Shown here: in pieces, positions 56,940 to 64,000 of the stretch
Numbering within the stretch: position 1 is the first letter of the stretch
How the letters are laid out: each line of letters starts with the position of its first letter
From: Nitrospirota bacterium
GTDB taxonomy: Bacteria > Nitrospirota > Thermodesulfovibrionia > UBA6902
NCBI GenBank assembly: GCA_003354025.1
Contig: PIVU01000002.1
Span: 8,004 to 72,003, forward strand
Length of the DNA stretch: 64,000 nucleotides
Reading direction: 5' to 3'
Position numbers and translations under genes: made by a program
The notes under the pieces: model-generated
Databases searched by the model: none
Told to the model about the DNA's origin: nothing
Seen by the model: the letters and a program-made list of their open reading frames with translations, nothing else

Positions 56940-59258
56940 ATGGCAGAAATCGCATCATCCGGCATTAAATTAAGTCCAAGCGCATTTAAGGTTCTTGAAA
57001 AGAGATACCTCAAGAAAAATGCTGAAGGTAAAGTCATGGAGGTCCCTGAAGATCTGTTCAGAAGAGTTGCGAGAGCAGTTGCATCAGTTGAAATGAAATT
57101 TGGGAAGTCTGAGTCGGATACCGCAATTATAGAAAATAAATTTTACGGCCTCATGACATCGCTTAAGTTTCTGCCTAACAGTCCTACATTAATGAATGCG
57201 GGAAGAAGACTTGGACAACTCTCCGCATGTTTTGTTCTGCCCATAGAAGACTCAATGGAGTCGATCTTTGAAGCTGTAAAAAACGCAGCATTGATACATA
57301 AATCAGGCGGCGGCACCGGATTTTCTTTCTCCAATCTCCGGCCGAATGGAGACATTGTCGGGTCTACAAAGGGAGTATCCTCAGGCCCCCTGTCATTTAT
57401 GACCGTGTTTGATTCAGCAACTGAAGCAATTAAACAGGGAGGCACCAGGCGGGGCGCCAACATGGGTATATTAAGTGTTGACCATCCTGATATCCTGGAA
57501 TTTATCTCTGCTAAAGATAACAATAAAAAACTCAATAATTTTAATCTGTCCGTATCACTTACAGATACGTTTATGAAAGCCCTTGAAAAAGACGAAGACT
57601 ATAACCTGATCAATCCACATGACAAGAGAACAGTCAGTCAACTCAATGCAAGAGAAGTCTTCAAGAAGATTGTCGACCACGCCTGGAAGAACGGCGAGCC
57701 CGGAGTTATTTTCATGGACAGAATGAACCAGTACAACCCTACTCCAGCTGTCGGCAAAATTGAGAGTACAAATCCATGCGGTGAACAGCCGCTGCTCCCC
57801 CATGAGTCATGTAACCTCGGCTCTATTAATCTGTCCAAGTTTGTAAAATCCGGCATGGACTTTTCTAACGTAGACAACCGCACATCTATAAGTGACGGCC
57901 TTGACTGGGATTCGTTAAGACAAACAGTCCGACTGGGAGTACACTTCCTTGATAATGTTATAGATATTAATAAATACCCGCTTGAAAAAATCGAAGAAGC
58001 AACAAAAGGGAACAGGAAGATCGGCCTCGGTGTAATGGGATGGGCGGATATGCTTATACAATTAGGCATACCTTATAATTCAGTTGAAGCATCACAGCTG
58101 GCAAATGAAGTGATGAAATTCATTCAGTCTGAAAGCAAAAAACAGTCCGGGTTCCTTGCAGTCGAAAGAGGTGTATTCCCGAACTTTGACAAGAGTGTGT
58201 ATACCGACGAGACGGCTTTCAGAAACGCTACTACAACGACAATAGCACCAACAGGCACCCTTTCAATAATCGCAGGATGCTCCAGCGGCATTGAACCATT
58301 GTTTGCTGTATCATTTGTCCGCAATGTACTGGAAGGCACAAAACTGTATGAGGTAAACCCCGTTTTTGAAAAAATCGCTAAAGAGAGAGGGTTCTGGAGC
58401 AAAGAACTGATTGAAGAGATCGCTGCAAAAGGCACTCTGCAGGAAATAGAAGATGTACCTGCAGATGTAAAGAAGGCCTTTGTAACTGCCCATGATATAT
58501 CTCCCCTCGATCATGTAAGGATGCAGGCGGCATTTCAGAAACACGTTGACAACGCGGTTTCCAAAACAGTGAATTTTCCTCATGATGCAACAGCCAAGGA
58601 TGTTGAGGAAGTCTATTACCTCGCATATGGCCTGGGATGCAAAGGTGTTACCGTATACAGGGACGGCTCACGTGACGAACAGGTACTCTCTACAGGACAA
58701 ACCGCTATCAAACAGGAAACTGCGGCAGCGCCGGCAGAAGCAGTATCAGCAGAAACAGCACGGGTTGAAATTGTACATAAAATTACTCCAAGAAAAAGAC
58801 CGGACGTCATCAAGGGCACTACCCGTCTTATGAAAACCGGATGCGGCCACCTGTATGTAACCATTAATGAAGATGATAAGGGCAACCTCTTTGAACTCTT
58901 CACTCAAATGGGCAAAGCAGGCGGTTGTGCGGCAAGCCAGGCAGAAGCAATAGGAAGACTGGTCAGCCTTGCACTCAGAAGCGGCATTGAGCCTGTTGAA
59001 CTGGAAAAACAGCTCAAAGGAATCAGCTGCCATAGTCCTGCCTGGGCGCCTGGAGGACAGATCTCATCCTGTTCCGACGCGCTTTCAAAAGCATTGGAAC
59101 GATACACTGAGCAAGGTGAAAAGAGCAACGGTAACGGATCACACAAGAAGAGTGAAAGCCATATGCTCTGCGGCGCATGTCCGGACTGCGGAGGTGCGGT
59201 AGAGCATGCCGGCGGCTGTGCGGTCTGCAGGGACTGCGGATTTACGAAGTGCAGCTAG
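56940..59258 (+). CDS. nrdJ: Class II (adenosylcobalamin-dependent) ribonucleotide reductase NrdJ with C-terminal zinc ribbon
   Basis: 772 aa. NPCGEQPL active-site motif. C-terminal CGACPDCGG...CAVCRDCG. Confidence 0.85.
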   Translation: MAEIASSGIKLSPSAFKVLEKRYLKKNAEGKVMEVPEDLFRRVARAVASVEMKFGKSESDTAIIENKFYGLMTSLKFLPNSPTLMNAGRRLGQLSACFVLPIEDSMESIFEAVKNAALIHKSGGGTGFSFSNLRPNGDIVGSTKGVSSGPLSFMTVFDSATEAIKQGGTRRGANMGILSVDHPDILEFISAKDNNKKLNNFNLSVSLTDTFMKALEKDEDYNLINPHDKRTVSQLNAREVFKKIVDHAWKNGEPGVIFMDRMNQYNPTPAVGKIESTNPCGEQPLLPHESCNLGSINLSKFVKSGMDFSNVDNRTSISDGLDWDSLRQTVRLGVHFLDNVIDINKYPLEKIEEATKGNRKIGLGVMGWADMLIQLGIPYNSVEASQLANEVMKFIQSESKKQSGFLAVERGVFPNFDKSVYTDETAFRNATTTTIAPTGTLSIIAGCSSGIEPLFAVSFVRNVLEGTKLYEVNPVFEKIAKERGFWSKELIEEIAAKGTLQEIEDVPADVKKAFVTAHDISPLDHVRMQAAFQKHVDNAVSKTVNFPHDATAKDVEEVYYLAYGLGCKGVTVYRDGSRDEQVLSTGQTAIKQETAAAPAEAVSAETARVEIVHKITPRKRPDVIKGTTRLMKTGCGHLYVTINEDDKGNLFELFTQMGKAGGCAASQAEAIGRLVSLALRSGIEPVELEKQLKGISCHSPAWAPGGQISSCSDALSKALERYTEQGEKSNGNGSHKKSESHMLCGACPDCGGAVEHAGGCAVCRDCGFTKCS

Positions 59259-59297
59259 ACATAACTATCAATTGTTAATCCCTAATTTTAGTTACAA

Positions 59298-60008
59298 GTG
59301 CTGAAAGATCTTAATTGCACATTAAGATCTTTCAGCGTTACACCATACATGAAATACTTACTCGCTTTACTCAGCTTACTTCTTCTGCTGTCATGCGCCT
59401 CAACACCGCCGGTAGCAACGCTTCCCGATAAAGGGACTGACTATGTTACTTCTTCATGGTATGGAGAGCAGTTTCACGGCAGACCTACATCTTCCGGAGA
59501 ACGTTATGACATGTACGGACTTACTGCGGCCCATAAGACCATGAAGTTCGGGACCAGACTCCGTGTAACAAATCCTGATACCGGCCTGTCTGTTGATGTT
59601 ACTGTTAATGACAGAGGGCCCTTTATCGCTGGAAGAGACCTTGACCTTTCATTCGGTGCAGCCAAAGCTATAGGGTTTGACAATAAAGGTGTAGGAAAAG
59701 TGAAGATTGAACACCTGGGCAGGGACATGCGCTATTCAAAGCGAATTGCCTTTACGCCCTCGAAGGCCAAAGTTTACGGCGGAGTCACTATTCAACTGGG
59801 ATCTTTCGCTAATGAGTCATATGCAATCAGACTCAAGGAGGGGCTGGAGATTAAATATGAAAATGTTTTCATAACAACTGTATCATTAAGCGGCATAGAG
59901 TATTACCGGGTAAGGTTGGGGAAATTCGATACATACGAGAGCGCTTATTCATTCGCTGAAAAACTTGCTGATGAAGGGTACAATACGTTCATTACGTCCA
60001 TAGAATAA
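59298..60008 (+). CDS. rlpA: Septal ring lytic transglycosylase RlpA (DPBB domain + SPOR domain) lipoprotein
   Basis: SWYGEQFHGRPTSSGERYD...VNDRGPF DPBB signature. C-terminal SPOR-like repeat. Lipobox LLSCAS. Confidence 0.8.
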   Translation: MLKDLNCTLRSFSVTPYMKYLLALLSLLLLLSCASTPPVATLPDKGTDYVTSSWYGEQFHGRPTSSGERYDMYGLTAAHKTMKFGTRLRVTNPDTGLSVDVTVNDRGPFIAGRDLDLSFGAAKAIGFDNKGVGKVKIEHLGRDMRYSKRIAFTPSKAKVYGGVTIQLGSFANESYAIRLKEGLEIKYENVFITTVSLSGIEYYRVRLGKFDTYESAYSFAEKLADEGYNTFITSIE

Positions 60009-60017
60009 GAGGAGATT

Positions 60018-60452
60018 ATGAGACCTGAGTGGGACACATATTTTATAGAGATTGCCAAAGTAGTTTCATCCAGAGCCACCTGCCTTCGCAGAAGATACGG
60101 GGCGGTTATTGTTAAAGACAAAGTTATAATAAGCACAGGATATAACGGCTCACCACGGGGCATGAAAAACTGTATAGACACGGGAAAATGTATTAGACAA
60201 GAAAAGAATATCCCGTCAGGAGAGCGGTATGAACTTTGTGAAGCCGTCCATGCAGAGCAAAATGCCCTGGTAAATGCTCCACCGGACAGGATGAAGGACT
60301 CTACTATATATATTGCCGGATTTGAGGAAGATCAAACTTTTGCTGACAGCAGGCCCTGCAAGCTTTGCGACCGCATGATAAAAAACGCGCAAATAAAAAA
60401 TATCATTCACCTGAATAAAAACGGCGGTTTTGAGAAAATAGACATTTCTTAA
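60018..60452 (+). CDS. dCMP deaminase (ComEB/Dcd family cytidine/deoxycytidylate deaminase)
   Basis: CEAVHAEQNAL (HxE). PCKLCDRM (CxxC) zinc motifs. Confidence 0.75.
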   Translation: MRPEWDTYFIEIAKVVSSRATCLRRRYGAVIVKDKVIISTGYNGSPRGMKNCIDTGKCIRQEKNIPSGERYELCEAVHAEQNALVNAPPDRMKDSTIYIAGFEEDQTFADSRPCKLCDRMIKNAQIKNIIHLNKNGGFEKIDIS

Positions 60453-60615
60453 CATCCTCATTTCTGTACTAATAAAACTGTTCTGGATGTGATTTTAAAT
60501 ATTTATATTAATATTATTTAGTAGACAATCCTCCCACTTGTAATGTTTAATACACCATAGTAACTCTTAATACATTTTCACATTATTCATTAGTAATAAC
60601 TAGTAAGGAGGCATT

Positions 60616-60714
60616 TATGCTACTGTTCTTAACTGGATTATTTATTGGATCAATCGCCGGCATGGCTTTATCTGCACTAATGGTGACTGCAAAAAGAAGA
60701 GACCAACTCAATTA
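60616..60714 (+). CDS. Unannotated 32-aa single-TM small protein with strong Shine-Dalgarno (AAGGAGG 7 nt upstream)
   Basis: ATG at 60616 preceded by taaggaggcattt. Encodes MLLFLTGLFIGSIAGMALSALMVTAKRRDQLN. Below the ORF-track length cutoff. Confidence 0.35.
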
Positions 60715-60944
60715 AAAGGTCATCATCACTATGCACTACGAAGCTTATTTCTTAACCTTAACATTTAGTATAATGATTTTTTGCGCTCTTAATATACCAC
60801 TATATAAGTACTGCTCTTCTGAGTTTACACACAACAAGACATTCACAAAATAAAGCAGCGTTTTACCTCTCTTAATCAAATTCAGTTATCCTTCTAATAA
60901 AACTAAAATACCTTATACTTATGTAGTCAAAGAACCTATAAAAA

Positions 60945-61913
60945 ATGAATCTCGATATTACTATCCATAAGGGCCGCACAGACAGGCCAGTCATTATTTT
61001 CATCCATGGTCTTGGAGTCGATAAAGGCTTCTGGACGGACCCGGTTAACACAAAAGTGCTAGGTGGAAGCATTCCCATGAAAACATTTGCCGCAACAAAA
61101 CCTCAACCATTATCAACACATAATAGTAGTAAAATTACTGTCGGTGACATGCCCTCTTCAATAGAAAATCTTTGGACGGCGACAATCAAAAAAGGTTTCA
61201 ATGCAATATGCTGGAGCCAGGCAAGACCTGTCGGGCCAATTAACATTGCTGTTTCAGAATTACATGAAATTTTCATTCAAACAAAAAAACTGTTTACCGG
61301 AAAATCCGTTGTCCTTGTTGGCCACAGTCGGGGCGGGCTTATCGCGAGAAAGTTCATGGAAAACATTTATCCTGAAATAAAGGGCTTAATTACTATTGCT
61401 ACCCCGCATGACGGAAGCTCCCTGTCGCATATCGGCAAGTACCTGACACCACTGGCTCCAGCCGTTAAGAAAATTCTTCCGGTACATGCACACGGGACTG
61501 CGGCAGACATACTGAAACGAATAAATGATTTACTGGATGGAACCGCCCTGAAAGAACTACTGCCTGGCTCGGCCTTTTTTAAAACTCTTAATGATTCGTC
61601 AGTCCCGGGCATCAGCTATTTATCTTTTGGAGGAACCACAACAAAACTTCTCACTATTTATGTATGGAGTAGGAAAGAAAATACGTTATATCCAAAACCA
61701 GTAATCACCATACCGGATTCTCTTATGAAAATTATTCCATCAAAAATAATACCTGATGAAATTATATCCGGGAAGGGAGATTTCATGGTTACTGCTAAAA
61801 GTGCCGTAATGCCCTGGTCTTCTAACCATATTAATGTGCGGTCCGACCATATTGCTATCAGCTGGAATAAGACTGTAATTAACAAAACAATAGAATTGAT
61901 TGATAAAATTTAA
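60945..61913 (+). CDS. Alpha/beta-hydrolase fold esterase/lipase (GHSRG nucleophile elbow)
   Basis: VVLVGHSRGGLIARKF GxSxG motif. 322 aa. Confidence 0.65.
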   Translation: MNLDITIHKGRTDRPVIIFIHGLGVDKGFWTDPVNTKVLGGSIPMKTFAATKPQPLSTHNSSKITVGDMPSSIENLWTATIKKGFNAICWSQARPVGPINIAVSELHEIFIQTKKLFTGKSVVLVGHSRGGLIARKFMENIYPEIKGLITIATPHDGSSLSHIGKYLTPLAPAVKKILPVHAHGTAADILKRINDLLDGTALKELLPGSAFFKTLNDSSVPGISYLSFGGTTTKLLTIYVWSRKENTLYPKPVITIPDSLMKIIPSKIIPDEIISGKGDFMVTAKSAVMPWSSNHINVRSDHIAISWNKTVINKTIELIDKI

Positions 61914-61991
61914 TTGCCGTACAAACCGTAGAGGATAGGCGGTGCCTAGCCCTTCAGTCTCAGTAGGTAATCACATAGCGCAAAAAAAAGG

Positions 61992-62020
61992 GCGATCCAG
62001 TGGATCGCCCCTACATTTTC
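61992..62020 (-). terminator. Rho-independent terminator of ahcY (9-bp GC stem GGGCGATCC/GGATCGCCC + U8)
   Basis: Hairpin 62000..62020 followed on the minus strand by eight T. 11 nt after the ahcY stop. Confidence 0.65.
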
Positions 62021-62030
62021 TGCTTATATA

Positions 62031-63458
62031 CTAATAACGATAATGTTCAGGCTTATAGGGCCCATCAACTGACACTCCAATATAGTCAGCCTGCTCCTGA
62101 GTCAACCTCGTTAATTTAACACCAATTTTCTCAAGATGGAGTCTTGCAACTTCCTCGTCAAGCTTTTTGGAAAGCCGGTAAACTTTATTTTCATAAACAT
62201 CTTTTTTCTCCCAGAGATCCAGCTGGGCGAGTGTCTGATTGGTAAAGCTGTTGGACATAACAAAAGAAGGATGTCCAGTAGCACATCCGAGGTTAACAAG
62301 TCTTCCTTCAGCGAGAAGAAAAATCGAATGTCCTTCAGGGAAAACGTACTTATCTACCTGGGGTTTAATCTCAATTTTTTCAACTCCAGGGTATGTATTC
62401 AGCTTATCAACCTGTATCTCATTATCAAAATGTCCGATATTGCAAACAATAGCCTGGTCTTTCATTTTGGACAGATGCTCAATCCTGATAATGTCCATGT
62501 TTCCGGTTGTAGTAACATAAAGGTCGGCTTCTCCAAGAGTATCTTCAATCGGTGCAACTTCATAACCTTCCATTGCTGCCTGCAGTGCACATATTGGATC
62601 AATTTCAGTAACAATAACCCTTGAACCATACTCCTTCAGTGACTGGGCGCATCCTTTACCGACATCACCATAACCGCAAACAACGGAGACTTTTCCGGCA
62701 AGCATCACATCGGTGGCCCTCTTTATTCCGTCGGCAAGAGACTCCCTGCAGCCATAAAGGTTGTCAAACTTGGATTTTGTAACAGAGTCATTTACATTGA
62801 TCGCTGGTATAAGCAGTGTACCGTTATTCATCATCTCATACAGCCTGTGAACTCCGGTAGTTGTTTCTTCACTAACGCCCTTCCACTCCGGAACTACCTT
62901 ATGCCATCTCTGATTGTTTTCAGCCAGGATCTTTTTCAATAATGCATTGATTATTTTCAATTCAGCATTATCGGTCGGTTCGTCAAGAATAGACGCATTA
63001 TCTTCAGCTTCATATCCCCTGTGTATAAAGAGGGTAGCATCGCCGCCATCATCAACTATCATTTGAGGACCTAAGTCTCCAGGGAAAGTCAATGCCTCAT
63101 TTGTACACCACCAGTATTCTTCAAGGGTCTCACCTTTCCACGCAAAAACCGGAACACCGGCTGCTGCTATTGCTGCGGCAGCATGGTCCTGAGTGGAGAA
63201 TATATTACAACTCGCCCATCTAACATCAGCACCAAGATCTACGAGAGTCTCAATAAGCACTGCTGTCTGAATCGTCATATGAAGTGATCCGGCAATTCTG
63301 ACATCCTTCAAAGGTTTATCAGCCGCATACTTTTTTCTTACAGACATCAAGCCCGGCATTTCCTTCTCAGCTATTTCAATTTCCTTCCGCCCCCAGTCTG
63401 CAAGACCCATATCAGCTACTTTGTAGTCTTCAGTTTTTTTCGTTGTTACAGTAGACAT
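62031..63458 (-). CDS. ahcY: Adenosylhomocysteinase (S-adenosyl-L-homocysteine hydrolase)
   Basis: 475 aa. N-terminus [30 protein letters not shown]-binding GYGDVGKG. Confidence 0.9.
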   Translation of the reverse strand: MSTVTTKKTEDYKVADMGLADWGRKEIEIAEKEMPGLMSVRKKYAADKPLKDVRIAGSLHMTIQTAVLIETLVDLGADVRWASCNIFSTQDHAAAAIAAAGVPVFAWKGETLEEYWWCTNEALTFPGDLGPQMIVDDGGDATLFIHRGYEAEDNASILDEPTDNAELKIINALLKKILAENNQRWHKVVPEWKGVSEETTTGVHRLYEMMNNGTLLIPAINVNDSVTKSKFDNLYGCRESLADGIKRATDVMLAGKVSVVCGYGDVGKGCAQSLKEYGSRVIVTEIDPICALQAAMEGYEVAPIEDTLGEADLYVTTTGNMDIIRIEHLSKMKDQAIVCNIGHFDNEIQVDKLNTYPGVEKIEIKPQVDKYVFPEGHSIFLLAEGRLVNLGCATGHPSFVMSNSFTNQTLAQLDLWEKKDVYENKVYRLSKKLDEEVARLHLEKIGVKLTRLTQEQADYIGVSVDGPYKPEHYRY

Positions 63459-63672
63459 TTAATGACCTCCTAAAATCACTTACTTCTCATCGTTATCATT
63501 TGATGAAAAATTAATATTTAAATAGTATTTAGTACTATCCGGGTTTGCATCCAAAAGAACATTTATTAATGAATAGATTTATATATATTCCGTGTGATTG
63601 AGTGAGCAGAATCTTTCCCAGCATGAACAGGTTCCATTGAGCAGAGAGGAAGCAAACCCCTTATTATTTTAA

Positions 63673-63700
63673 TGTGCCGGAGCTTTAGTACTCCGGCACA
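63673..63700 (-). terminator. Terminator-like hairpin after metK (10-bp stem TGTGCCGGAG/CTCCGGCACA, weak U-tract)
   Basis: Perfect inverted repeat 14 nt downstream of the metK stop on the minus strand. Trailing A/T-rich rather than a clean U-run. Confidence 0.4.
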
Positions 63701-63716
63701 TAATTAGTTTAAGCTA

Positions 63717-64000
63717 TTATAACTTTGCAGCCTTTTTCAGTGCTTCAGCTTTATCAGTCTTCTCCCAAGGGAATCCTTCTTCTTCCCTTCCGAAGTGACC
63801 ATATGCAGCAGTAGCACTATAAATAGGACGTAACAGGTTCAGCATAGTTATAAGTCCACGCGGTCTAAGGTCAAAATGCTCACCAATCAGCGCTTCAATA
63901 GCAGCATCTTCAATTTTGCCTGTACCGAATGTTTCTACGGTTATTGATGTGGGTTCAGCAACACCAATCGCATATGAAACCTGCAATTCACATCTGTCAG
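63717..64000 (-). CDS. metK: S-adenosylmethionine synthetase, C-terminal part (gene continues beyond window end)
   Basis: C-terminal MetK sequence ...[29 protein letters not shown]. Confidence 0.85.
   Translation of the reverse strand, partial: DRCELQVSYAIGVAEPTSITVETFGTGKIEDAAIEALIGEHFDLRPRGLITMLNLLRPIYSATAAYGHFGREEEGFPWEKTDKAEALKKAAKL

Noticed and set aside
63459-63716. Possible SAH riboswitch in the ahcY leader (ahcY/metK neighbourhood often carries one)
   Set aside because: The leader is AT-rich and lacks the GC-rich conserved pseudoknot segments of the SAH element. Only a metK terminator hairpin is evident.
1-64000. CRISPR arrays, rRNA genes, insertion sequences/transposases, integrases
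   Set aside because: No regularly spaced direct repeats, rRNA-like segments or transposase/integrase ORFs were seen. The only repeats found are intragenic (HAMP duplication at 200-480, gpI-like module duplication, acidic repeats in the effector).

Overview
64-kb window from an AT-rich (~40% GC backbone) bacterium. Sigma-54 dependence and a Geobacter-like pilB-pilT-pilC-pilS-pilR block suggest a deltaproteobacterium-like (Desulfobacterota/Myxococcota-type) host; this is inference from gene content only. The left flank (1-9.6 kb) holds a dual-HAMP sensor kinase coupled to a tandem PhnD-like binding protein, a modE-like/tauE/moeA-like/moaA cluster, a TPR lipoprotein and comEC. The centre (about 9.8-45.4 kb) is a higher-GC island read entirely from the minus strand. 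It encodes a complete contractile-injection-system locus led by a NusG-family (UpxY/LoaP-like) antiterminator gene. In transcription order the locus encodes sheath, tube, two unknowns, a DUF4255 cap, an AAA+ ATPase, a tube-like protein, a LysM tail-X protein, a gpD-like hub, a gpV spike, gp25, baseplate J, a 1341-aa baseplate protein, a gpI-like protein and a 1357-aa fibre-like beta-helix protein. These are followed by a 1441-aa DUF4157 effector whose stop overlaps the start of a TPR protein gene. Downstream on the same strand sit four hydrolases that lack signal peptides: an M6-like metalloprotease with two P-domains, a C1 papain-like peptidase, an MBL-fold hydrolase and a PG-binding CHAP-like hydrolase. 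The gene order is a hybrid of P2/R-pyocin tail order (D, V, W, J, I, H, X) with eCIS hallmarks (DUF4255 cap, AAA+ ATPase, DUF4157 cargo). No PAAR gene and no capsid, portal, terminase or integrase are present. This points to an extracellular contractile injection system with a multi-enzyme payload or lysis module, not a prophage or T6SS. The right flank (46-64 kb) carries two sigma-54 activators, pilS/pilR, pilC, pilT, pilB, a class II (B12) ribonucleotide reductase with an NrdR box in its promoter, rlpA, dCMP deaminase, an alpha/beta hydrolase, ahcY and the 3' part of metK. No rRNA, tRNA or CRISPR array was recognised by eye.
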